Shown one piece after another: positions 53,761 through 61,833 of a DNA stretch of 64,000 nt. Source of the DNA: a virus. Its lineage: Duplodnaviria; Caudoviricetes. Every line of letters begins with the position of its first letter. Within the stretch, counting starts at the first letter, position 1. Both the position numbers and the translations under genes were made by a program. The stretch is from IMG/VR virus record IMGVR_UViG_651324008_000005, positions 2,777-66,776 of that record; one strand, written 5' to 3'. Under the pieces are notes generated by a model. That model saw only the letters and a program-made list of their open reading frames with translations. It had not been told where the DNA came from and made no database searches.

Positions 53761-56175
53761 CTAGTCGATTTCGTCAGGTCGCGTATAAACGCGGCATTTT
53801 CCGTATTTTTTATTGATCTCCAGACCTGTGACCATGCCCTTTGATCTGTCCCACCCGACGATCTGCATAGCGCGGCCGATCTTGATGGTTTCGGTGTGAG
53901 GAACGGAACCGTCTCGCCCCATCATCTCTCGCCATATCTGAGCGATGCAGGTATCTTCGCGGTAAATCTTCGGTAGATCGTCGTCCAGGTCATCGAATTC
54001 AGCCCCTAGCGGAGTGTCCAGCCACGCGGCTATTTCGCCAGCCAGTGTCTCTTCAGAAGTCTCGACACGACGGCTTTCCTGCATCTCGTGGGCTATCTGA
54101 GCAGCTTCGTCCTGCATGTAGAGCGGCAGGGCTGGTAGATGTGCGTAATCCTTCGACATCTGCTGATAGATCGACACCGCCTCGGCCCAAATCTGCATGA
54201 CGTTGGCCCGGAATTTCAGATTGTCGATCTGCCTGTCGCCGGGAAGGTTGCAGACGATAGGCCAGAAGCGCCGGCCACCGGTCTGGTCTCGCAGGTACTC
54301 GCGGTCGTTGGTCGATCCGATGAAGATGCACTGGCGACCGAACTCTTTCGCGCGCTTCTCCCACGCCAAGCGGGCTTTGTCGTGCGTGCGGCTAACGAAT
54401 GCCTTCAGGTCGTTGACCTCGGATCGCTGCATGGCGGAAAGCTCACCCAGTTCAAGGATCCATTTGCCCTGCATCACCTCGATCATCTGCTTTGGGTCAC
54501 CGACATCACCCGTCAGTTCGCCATACCATTGGAGCCCGAGGACTTCGATGAAGGTGGATTTACCCTTGCCCTGAACACCTTCCAGGATCGGGACGAAATC
54601 AAACTTGTGACCGGGCTGGAAGATGCGCGCCACGGCGCCGACGAGAGTGAGAAGGGCGGCTTGTCGGTTGTAGGTGTTGTCCTCGCAGCCGAGATAGTCG
54701 ACGAACATCGTCTCTGCGCGGGGAACCCCGTCCCACTCGACGGACGTGATGACTTCCTTGACCGGGTGAAACGTCCGCTTGTGGGCGGCCATGTCGATCG
54801 CGCCGTGTAAATCGCGGTCGGAAACCTTGATGCCGTAGCCTTGAAGCTGCGTTTTTGTCTCGATCAGCGATCTGATGGCGATATCGTGGCTGTCGGTCCA
54901 GTTATCACCGTTCAGTTCGTCTTTCACCTTCCAGATCGAACTGTCGAGGTTGACCGGCTCGTAAGCAGCGTCGCGCTTCTTTTTCGCCCGCTTAGGTGCT
55001 GCTCGAAGCACCACTTCCTGTGCAAATTCGTTGAAATGGGCGATCCCGCGGACGCGCAGATCGTTTTCGACGATGAGATTGATATTCGGAAGGGTGGTTT
55101 TTAACTCGCCTTCCTCGTTGCGATGAAATCGCTGCATCCAGTTGGGGTCGATCTCGTCGACAATCTCCGCTTTCGCGGGAACTGGGGAGGGCGCATCGCC
55201 TAAAAGGTCGGAGAGATCAACGACCGGTTTGTCAAAGTCAGTTTCGATGTCGAGATCGAGATCCTGCGACATGCGATTGCTGTTTGCGGCCTGGATCAGC
55301 GTGCGGAAGGTGACCGGGTGCGGCTTGCCCTTGAAGGAATTCCACCTGACCTCGGAATATTTACGGTCAAACTTGGCAGATTGCTCGGACCAATCGCACC
55401 AGGCCTCGAAGCCTTCATCCTCGCCACGGAACTGGTGATGGAAGGCCATGCCGACGGTCAGCCAGTAATCGCGATCTTCGACCCAGTCTTCCGGCAGGTC
55501 GTCGAGGATGGCTTGAATTTCTTCTTCGTCGATGTCGAGTGGGTCGGCGCGGACGATTGCAAAAAGGTCGTCATCGTCAGGCTCGGCAGCCGCTGCGCGG
55601 GCGCCGCTGATCTTTGCGACCATCAGTTCTGTGAAATCCAGATCGAGCGGGCGCTCCCACCGATAGGGTTTACCGGTGTCGGGATGGATTGAAGGTGGAA
55701 TGGCGACTTGGGTTCCGGTTCCCTTGAGGTCGATTTCCCAGTCGTTCTTTTTTACATCACGACCCTTTTTCGGGTCGAATACCATCTCGAAGCCGTCAGA
55801 CTTCCGCAGCTTTTTGCTGGCGAGAGGCTCGGTCGAGAGAAAGTAGATGTGGCGGCTCTCTCCGCCCGAGCCTGAGATAACCCGAGGCAGGTTTTTCGCT
55901 GCCGGCATCATTTCTAACAAGGCTGACCATGCCTCGTTTGCTTTGGCAGGTTTGCGGATATCGAGGTCGATGACATGGAGATATAATCCGTCGATTTTTG
56001 ACGGTTCTCCGGTTCTCAGGCCGACATTGTTGCCCTGACGATATGAGCCTCGAAGCTGCTCGGCCGAGTAGCGCGGTGCGGTAGACCAATAGTCTTCGAT
56101 CGGCATCTTGTCGCGAGGTCGCAGCCAATGCAGCGCGGCACCCGCGTCGACGAGAGCGAGGTTTTCGGTGAGCAT
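53761..56175 (-). CDS. Primase-helicase (Prim-Pol, PriCT-2 and VirE-type P-loop domains)
   Basis: HVIDLDI, QVAIPPSIHPDTGKPYRW, DYWLTVGMAFHH, Walker A EGVQGKGKST, ELGEL and RDQTGGRRFWPI. Confidence 0.93.
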   Translation of the reverse strand: MLTENLALVDAGAALHWLRPRDKMPIEDYWSTAPRYSAEQLRGSYRQGNNVGLRTGEPSKIDGLYLHVIDLDIRKPAKANEAWSALLEMMPAAKNLPRVISGSGGESRHIYFLSTEPLASKKLRKSDGFEMVFDPKKGRDVKKNDWEIDLKGTGTQVAIPPSIHPDTGKPYRWERPLDLDFTELMVAKISGARAAAAEPDDDDLFAIVRADPLDIDEEEIQAILDDLPEDWVEDRDYWLTVGMAFHHQFRGEDEGFEAWCDWSEQSAKFDRKYSEVRWNSFKGKPHPVTFRTLIQAANSNRMSQDLDLDIETDFDKPVVDLSDLLGDAPSPVPAKAEIVDEIDPNWMQRFHRNEEGELKTTLPNINLIVENDLRVRGIAHFNEFAQEVVLRAAPKRAKKKRDAAYEPVNLDSSIWKVKDELNGDNWTDSHDIAIRSLIETKTQLQGYGIKVSDRDLHGAIDMAAHKRTFHPVKEVITSVEWDGVPRAETMFVDYLGCEDNTYNRQAALLTLVGAVARIFQPGHKFDFVPILEGVQGKGKSTFIEVLGLQWYGELTGDVGDPKQMIEVMQGKWILELGELSAMQRSEVNDLKAFVSRTHDKARLAWEKRAKEFGRQCIFIGSTNDREYLRDQTGGRRFWPIVCNLPGDRQIDNLKFRANVMQIWAEAVSIYQQMSKDYAHLPALPLYMQDEAAQIAHEMQESRRVETSEETLAGEIAAWLDTPLGAEFDDLDDDLPKIYREDTCIAQIWREMMGRDGSVPHTETIKIGRAMQIVGWDRSKGMVTGLEINKKYGKCRVYTRPDEID

Positions 56176-56194
56176 GGATTACTATCCCGTTCGA

Positions 56195-56479
56195 TCAGGG
56201 AATGGGGAGGAACGGAATCAGGTCGGTTTTAGTGAGTCGGTCCTTTTCGTCCGGTCGATCGGCATTGGCTGAAACCTCCAGAAGCGACGAAATTGCCTTC
56301 GGAGATAACTTGTTCTCATGGAACCAGCGATAGATCGTGAAACGAGCGTTTTCAGTGGCTTCGCTTAACAGGCGCGTATTCACCTTCCCATCGTGAACGT
56401 ACTCCGATGGGAGCTTGTCGCGCAGGAGGCTGTAAAGCGCACCTTCGTACAGCTCCTTGGTATTCGTAGGCTGATCCAT
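56195..56479 (-). CDS. Cro/XRE-like small DNA-binding protein
   Basis: TRLLSEATENARFTIYRWFHENKLSP HTH-like; divergent from the replication operon. Confidence 0.6.
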   Translation of the reverse strand: MDQPTNTKELYEGALYSLLRDKLPSEYVHDGKVNTRLLSEATENARFTIYRWFHENKLSPKAISSLLEVSANADRPDEKDRLTKTDLIPFLPIP

Positions 56480-56530
56480 ATTCAAACCCCTAATGAAACA
56501 TGGTGGCACCTTAGTCGTGCGAATTCAAAA

Positions 56531-56547
56531 TTTCAACATAGGTGAGA
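56531..56547 (+). promoter_or_regulatory. Operator-like variant in a divergent promoter
   Basis: TTTCAA-cataggt-GAGA. Confidence 0.45.
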
Positions 56548-56647
56548 AATAATTCCAACAGAGTGTTGCAACTTACGTCGGCTCGTGCCATAAAAATTGA
56601 AATTGCACGAGAGAAGTGTAATTCAACGCCGACCCATGGAGACATCA

Positions 56648-57121
56648 ATGAGCTTAGAAGCCGCCGTTACCGAACTGACTTCGTCCATCAACAAGCTGAT
56701 CAATATTACCCAGGCGCTGCACGATCTCCGCGCCGACGCCATTGAGAAGACCACGGCAGCCGCCGCGACCGGGTCCAAGTCCACGACGAAAGCCGACAAG
56801 ACTGACAAGACTGCCGCCGACAAGGGTGCAATCAGCGACAATCCTGACAACCGCGTCAATCCGATCGACGCGCTGACCGACGCCGCCAGCGATTACATCG
56901 GCGCCAGCGATCGCGAAGAAGAGCGCGCTGCTCGTAAGGAGAAGGTCAAAGCTCTTCTCAATCACGAAAAAATCCGCGATCCCAAGGTTGAAGCCGGCAA
57001 GGGCCTATTCAGCACGATCCAGCCCGAAGCCCACGATCTTTTCAAGTCGCAGATCGCGAAGCTCAAGGAAAAGGGCGACATCACGACGCCGAAAAAGGCT
57101 GACGACGACCTCCTTGACTGA
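56648..57121 (+). CDS. Hypothetical protein (first gene of the replication operon)
   Basis: MSLEAAVTELTSSINKLI; GGAG RBS; ends ADDDLLD. Confidence 0.8.
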   Translation: MSLEAAVTELTSSINKLINITQALHDLRADAIEKTTAAAATGSKSTTKADKTDKTAADKGAISDNPDNRVNPIDALTDAASDYIGASDREEERAARKEKVKALLNHEKIRDPKVEAGKGLFSTIQPEAHDLFKSQIAKLKEKGDITTPKKADDDLLD

Positions 57122-57136
57122 TCCGGCCCCAACGCT

Positions 57137-57259
57137 CTCCGACTTCGGTCGGGGGCGTTTCGGCGGGAAGCGCAGAGCAGGACTGCAATGTTCTCCTCCT
57201 CCCGACAGAGTGGTCCAGGTTCCACCGCCTCCCATCTCTGCGCTTCCTCCCCAAACGCC
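57137..57259 (+). ncRNA. Structured intergenic RNA element (putative)
   Basis: CCGAC-TTCG-GTCGG hairpin, then a long stem GGAAGCGCAGAG (57166-77) / CTCTGCGCTTCC (57236-47) extended by GGCGTTT/AAACGCC. Confidence 0.5.
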
Positions 57260-57273
57260 TTCAGGAGAATGAC

Positions 57274-57465
57274 ATGCCTTCCCCGATTATGAAGTATTTC
57301 ACGTTCGAGCACCTCCGCGACCCCGGTCTCAAGGAAGTCTCTCGTCAGTGCTCGTCGTTGGCGCGTGCGATGGAAGAAGAACTGCCCGACGGCCCGGAAA
57401 AATCGGCCGGCCTGCGGCTCCTGTTGCAGGCGAAGGATTGCTTCGTCCGCGCCAAGATGGACTGA
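57274..57465 (+). CDS. Small helical-hairpin protein, possible Acb2/Tad1-like nucleotide sponge
   Basis: YFTFEHL...SLARAMEEELPDGPEKSAGLRLLLQAKDCFVRA; AGGAG RBS. The CDS is well supported, the function is inferred. Confidence 0.6.
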   Translation: MPSPIMKYFTFEHLRDPGLKEVSRQCSSLARAMEEELPDGPEKSAGLRLLLQAKDCFVRAKMD

Positions 57466-57468
57466 TCC

Positions 57469-58767
57469 ATGAAGGCGCACGCTCGATTATCACCCTCATC
57501 GGCAGATCGGTGGATGACCTGCACGGCCTCGGTCGCGCTGATCGACCACCTGGTTAGCAAGGGAGAGCTGAGCGAAAGTGACCTCGATGAGGATTGCAAT
57601 GCGCCGGCCGTCGAGGATGAAGATGAGCAGGATTACTCCGCCTATGAAGGCGAGACGCTCGATCTAAACAGGGATTCCACCGCCTATTCGGCGGAAGGAA
57701 CCGTTATGCATGAGATCAGGGAACACTGCCTTGATCTCGGATGCGATCCGCATCACTTCGTCGGAGCCACGCTGACCGCCGACGGTCATTCGTTCGAGAT
57801 TGACGACCATATGGCCGATCGTCTGGTTGCCGGCATCGACTGGATCCGCCAGCACACCAGCAATCCGCTGGTTGAGATACGCGTTGACCTGTCACGCTGG
57901 CTGCCCGGTCAGTTCGGAACCTGCGACACGGCGTTCCTGTATCGAAAGATGCTCGGGGTCAGCGACTATAAAGATGGGGCAGGGGAGCCGGTTGAGGTTG
58001 TCGGCACAAGGCAACTCCGTCTCTACGCCCTCGGCGCTTGGGAACATCTTGGTCGGCCGGAAGTTGAGGATGTCGTTCTCAATATCGACCAGCCTCGCGC
58101 GGGCGGGATGAAGTTTTGGGAAATCACGCTCGATGAGCTGCTGGAGTTCGGCGAGGAAGTGAAGCGGGTATTCTCGCGGATCGAGCGCGGCGACGTGGAA
58201 TTCGTTCCCTCGACAAAGGGCTGCCGCTGGTGCCCCGTGCGCAAGACGAAGCGTGGTTGCGCGGCGCGCAATCAGTGGCTCATGCAGATGTTCGGCAGTG
58301 CGCTGCTCGACCCGAGCGAGCCTGAGCCGAAGTTCAAGGACCCTGCGCAGATGCCGCGTGCGCTGCGCTTCTACATCGTCAATCATTCCAAAGCCGCACG
58401 TGCCTGGCTTACCGAACTGCACCAGCAGTCGCTTCAGGCGGCGCTGGATGGCGACCCTGATCCCGGTTCCAAGGCGATCGATGGCGGGCTCGGAAATAGG
58501 TATTTCACCGCGCCTGCGGAGGCGGAGGCCATTCTGGTCGGCGCGTTGGGGGAGAAGGCTTACAAGCCTAAACAGCTTATCGGGTTCACCGATATCGACA
58601 AGCTCATGAAGCCGGGCAAGCGAAAAAAGGGCATGCCCGAACCGTGGGATGCTCTGCAGGAACTGGTCGACCGACCAGACGGGAAACCGAAACTGGTTCC
58701 CGTAGACCATCCAAAGCCGGCGTTAGAGGTCACGCCGATTGCGGATCAATTTGACGACCTCGACTAA
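57469..58767 (+). CDS. DUF2800 PD-(D/E)XK (Cas4-like) exonuclease
   Basis: HARLSPSSADRWMTCTAS, AEGTVMHE, FGTCD...VSDYKDGAG, QLRLYALG and GCRWCP. Confidence 0.92.
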   Translation: MKAHARLSPSSADRWMTCTASVALIDHLVSKGELSESDLDEDCNAPAVEDEDEQDYSAYEGETLDLNRDSTAYSAEGTVMHEIREHCLDLGCDPHHFVGATLTADGHSFEIDDHMADRLVAGIDWIRQHTSNPLVEIRVDLSRWLPGQFGTCDTAFLYRKMLGVSDYKDGAGEPVEVVGTRQLRLYALGAWEHLGRPEVEDVVLNIDQPRAGGMKFWEITLDELLEFGEEVKRVFSRIERGDVEFVPSTKGCRWCPVRKTKRGCAARNQWLMQMFGSALLDPSEPEPKFKDPAQMPRALRFYIVNHSKAARAWLTELHQQSLQAALDGDPDPGSKAIDGGLGNRYFTAPAEAEAILVGALGEKAYKPKQLIGFTDIDKLMKPGKRKKGMPEPWDALQELVDRPDGKPKLVPVDHPKPALEVTPIADQFDDLD

Positions 58768-58812
58768 CCACAGCCGCTGCAACCGAACTACCGTGAAAAA
58801 GGAAACCGACAA

Positions 58813-59535
58813 ATGGCAATCGAAGAAAAGTCCGACGGTCGCACCGTCCAGTTGAAGCGCGTTCGCCTCTCCTTCACCGACTCCCTGAAGGACAAAAAGA
58901 AGACGAGCGACGATCCCAAGGCCCTTCCGAAACACGGCTTGAACGTGATCAACGAGAAGGATTCGCCCTATTTTGATGAGAACAACAAGAAGATCATCGC
59001 TGCGATGAAGGCTGCTGGCGAAAAGGAATTCAAAAATCCTGACGCCTATAAGACCATCGCTGAAGATAACCCCAAGCGTGTTTGCTTTAAAAAGGGTGAG
59101 CGATTCAAGAACAAGGAAGGCAAGGTTTATGCGGGTTACGAAGGTAACACTGCATTTTCCGCATCAGGCCCGTCGGGCGGCCAGAAGCGGCCAAAACTTC
59201 TGGATCGTCGGAAGCGGATTCTCCGTGAACAGGCTGCAAAAGAGCAGTTGCAGGCGGGGAAGGTGTTCGAAGAAGCCGAAATCCTCGATATCTTCTACGG
59301 TGGCGTCATTGCCGACGTGATTGTTTCGTTCTTCGGCACGAAAAAGGGTTCGAACGGCATCTTCGCTTCTGCCGAAGCTATTCGCTCTCACGAGGAAGGC
59401 GAACGCATGGGCGGCGGTATCTACGTCGACGCAGACGACTTCGACGATCTCGAAGAAGATGACAGCTTCGACAGCGGTCCATCGACCTCCTCGGAAAAAG
59501 AGACCAAGTCCTCTGACGACGACTTCGACTTCTGA
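58813..59535 (+). CDS. DUF2815 single-stranded DNA-binding protein
   Basis: [10 protein letters not shown]; FYGGVIADV; acidic tail ending DDDFDF. Confidence 0.88.
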   Translation: MAIEEKSDGRTVQLKRVRLSFTDSLKDKKKTSDDPKALPKHGLNVINEKDSPYFDENNKKIIAAMKAAGEKEFKNPDAYKTIAEDNPKRVCFKKGERFKNKEGKVYAGYEGNTAFSASGPSGGQKRPKLLDRRKRILREQAAKEQLQAGKVFEEAEILDIFYGGVIADVIVSFFGTKKGSNGIFASAEAIRSHEEGERMGGGIYVDADDFDDLEEDDSFDSGPSTSSEKETKSSDDDFDF

Positions 59536-59544
59536 TCCAGCGGA

Positions 59545-59573
59545 ACTGGCGACGCAGAAACGTCGCCAGTTTC
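59545..59573 (+). terminator. Rho-independent terminator after ssb
   Basis: ACTGGCGACG-cagaaa-CGTCGCCAGT followed by Ts. Confidence 0.75.
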
Positions 59574-59599
59574 AACTTTCGAGAGGAATTTCTTGAGCC

Positions 59600-61216
59600 A
59601 TGGGTGCGAAGCCATATGCCCTCTACAACGAGAACGACGAACACGCCGCAGATTGGCTCGAAAACCTTATTGCCCTTGGAGTCATTGCGCCGGGCATTGT
59701 CGATCGACGAAGCGTCGAAGATTTGCGTGGGGATGACCTTAGAGGATTTCGACAGGTTCATCTTTTCGCTGGCATCGGAGTGTGGAGTTACTCCCTCCGT
59801 CGCGCTGGCATCTCGGATGATACTGCAGTTTGGACTGGAAGCTGCCCCTGCCAACCTTTCTCCGCGGCAGGCAAAGGAGCAGGGATGGATGACGAGCGGC
59901 ATTTATGGCCTGCGGTCCTCCATCTCCTCGGAGAGTGCCGCCCTGACATCTTTCTTGGAGAACAGGTTGCAAGCGCTGACGGCCTCGGTTGGCTCGACCT
60001 TGTACAAACTGACCTGGAAGCGGCGAGCTACGCCATCGGGTCGGTTGATACCTGCTCTGCGGGCAGTGGCGCACCGCACATCCGGCAAAGACTCCGTTTC
60101 AGTGCCTACGATATTCGATCTGCCTCAAGTCGGCGATCCGACCTGTCGATCCTCAGACGGGACTTCGGGTCCGGATTACGCGGGAGGATTATCGCTTCCG
60201 ACAACAGCACAATTGTCGAACTGGGGAACTCCCACGGCGACGGAACCGGGCGGAACGGCCGAGGCGTATGTCGCTCGCTCAATCGAAAAAACGGGGAACC
60301 TGGCGCCGACGATGCTAGCGCATCAAGCGCCATTGGCGGGATGGACTACAGCTTCAGCGAGGGACTGGAAGGATTCCGGAGCGGACATATCTCCGAGACC
60401 GGACAACGGCAAAGAGCGACTGGATCAACTCCCACGACAGGCGAATTTGGCCGGTTGGCCGACGACAGATGCAAACATGGGATCGGGAGGCCGGAAGCCG
60501 AAAGACCAACTCAAACTCGTTCGGGAGAATGGCAGCAAAGTCCAGTTTACGATCAATCATGCTGCATTGTTGAGCGGCTGGCCCACGTCGACGACGACCA
60601 ACAACGGCAAGGGCGAGACACCGGAGGCGCGTCAGGCGAAGGGATTTGGTCTGAACCTCGCGGACGCGACGAGTTTGACGGGATGGTCGACACCCACCGT
60701 GGCGGAGAGGGAGCGACGACCGGAAGTGATCGAGAAGATTGCACGGGATCGCCTCGAGAAACACGGTCAGACGACAGTGCCGCTCTATCACTGCGAACAG
60801 GCTCAATTGGCCGCGTGGCAGACGCCGACACTGGACAATTTCCGGAAGAGGGGCGGGGATCGCAGCGACGAGTTGGGGCCGCAGGAACTGGTCGACTGGA
60901 CGAAGGTGTCTTTGTTGGCCGAATTGAACGGCCCGGCCCGACTAACGGCTTTTGGCGAGATGCTGATTGGCTCTTTTGCCGAGATGGAAAGTGGCGGCCA
61001 GTTGAGCCCTGCACATTCCCGTTGGTTGATGGGGCTGCCTTCCGTTTGGGATCTGGCAGCGCCTTTGAAGGCAAGTCGCGCCAAGGGATGCTCAAAGGTT
61101 ACGGGAACGCCGTCGACGCGGAAGCGACGCGCGTCTTCATTGAGGCTTGTGCCGACTTCTTTGCTGATTTGGATGCTCGCCGCGTGAAGGCGGAATTGAT
61201 TGGAGACCTGCTATGA
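59600..61216 (+). CDS. C5-cytosine DNA methyltransferase, alpha (catalytic) polypeptide
   Basis: Motif [37 protein letters not shown] and X LKGYGNAV; motif IX absent from this frame. Confidence 0.9.
   Translation: MGAKPYALYNENDEHAADWLENLIALGVIAPGIVDRRSVEDLRGDDLRGFRQVHLFAGIGVWSYSLRRAGISDDTAVWTGSCPCQPFSAAGKGAGMDDERHLWPAVLHLLGECRPDIFLGEQVASADGLGWLDLVQTDLEAASYAIGSVDTCSAGSGAPHIRQRLRFSAYDIRSASSRRSDLSILRRDFGSGLRGRIIASDNSTIVELGNSHGDGTGRNGRGVCRSLNRKNGEPGADDASASSAIGGMDYSFSEGLEGFRSGHISETGQRQRATGSTPTTGEFGRLADDRCKHGIGRPEAERPTQTRSGEWQQSPVYDQSCCIVERLAHVDDDQQRQGRDTGGASGEGIWSEPRGRDEFDGMVDTHRGGEGATTGSDREDCTGSPRETRSDDSAALSLRTGSIGRVADADTGQFPEEGRGSQRRVGAAGTGRLDEGVFVGRIERPGPTNGFWRDADWLFCRDGKWRPVEPCTFPLVDGAAFRLGSGSAFEGKSRQGMLKGYGNAVDAEATRVFIEACADFFADLDARRVKAELIGDLL
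59889..61187 (+). CDS. Overlapping-frame beta polypeptide of the C5-MTase (motif IX plus six W-x-T repeat modules)
   Basis: AAAGGAG SD at 59873-79, 9 nt before ATG 59889; 432 aa open in the +1 frame; motif-IX-like [18 protein letters not shown] near its C-terminus. Confidence 0.8.
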   Translation: MTSGIYGLRSSISSESAALTSFLENRLQALTASVGSTLYKLTWKRRATPSGRLIPALRAVAHRTSGKDSVSVPTIFDLPQVGDPTCRSSDGTSGPDYAGGLSLPTTAQLSNWGTPTATEPGGTAEAYVARSIEKTGNLAPTMLAHQAPLAGWTTASARDWKDSGADISPRPDNGKERLDQLPRQANLAGWPTTDANMGSGGRKPKDQLKLVRENGSKVQFTINHAALLSGWPTSTTTNNGKGETPEARQAKGFGLNLADATSLTGWSTPTVAERERRPEVIEKIARDRLEKHGQTTVPLYHCEQAQLAAWQTPTLDNFRKRGGDRSDELGPQELVDWTKVSLLAELNGPARLTAFGEMLIGSFAEMESGGQLSPAHSRWLMGLPSVWDLAAPLKASRAKGCSKVTGTPSTRKRRASSLRLVPTSLLIWMLAA

Positions 61217-61833
61217 AATTCACCGACCTCATGATCGACTTGGAAACCCTCGGAACTGCTGTGAACGCGCCCGTGGTTGCAATCGGCGCCGTTTTCTTCA
61301 ATCCCGAAACCGGTGAACTCGGTGAGACCTTTGATGCCGCGATCGATGTTGAAGACGCAATGCGCTACGGCAAGGCTTCAGGGTCAACGATTCGCTGGTG
61401 GCTCGGGCAGGGCGACGCGGCGCGCCAGAAGGTCGTGCGCGGCAAGCATCCGTCGCACCTCGTTTTCACGAAATTCCACGAGTTCTGCCTGAAGCACGGC
61501 GACAACGTTAAGCCTTGGGGCAATGGTGCTTCGTTCGACATCTCGATCCTCGAATATGCGTTCGGGCGGATTATTGAGAAATCGGCCCCATGGAAATTTT
61601 GGAACGTCTGCGACTGTCGGACGATCAAGCGTCTCGCCGACGGGATTGTTACTTTCGATGAAAAGCTCGAGGGAACGGCACATACGGCACTCGATGATGC
61701 CAAACACCAAGCTAAGTGGGTTTCCGTATACTGGAGGGGGTTACGTCGTCGAGTTCATCCAACACATGAGGAGAGGCAGGCTGCGCCTATGCCTGTCGTC
61801 AAGACATCATCGGACCTGCTTGACGGTCTCTGA
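61213..61833 (+). CDS. DEDDh 3'-5' exonuclease (RNase T / exo VIII-like)
   Basis: LMIDLETLG, WGNGASFDISIL and HTALDDAKHQA. Confidence 0.9.
   Translation: MKFTDLMIDLETLGTAVNAPVVAIGAVFFNPETGELGETFDAAIDVEDAMRYGKASGSTIRWWLGQGDAARQKVVRGKHPSHLVFTKFHEFCLKHGDNVKPWGNGASFDISILEYAFGRIIEKSAPWKFWNVCDCRTIKRLADGIVTFDEKLEGTAHTALDDAKHQAKWVSVYWRGLRRRVHPTHEERQAAPMPVVKTSSDLLDGL

Noticed and set aside
57469-58767. Cas4 as evidence of a CRISPR system
   Set aside because: It is the stand-alone DUF2800 nuclease in its usual place before ssb; no other cas genes or array.
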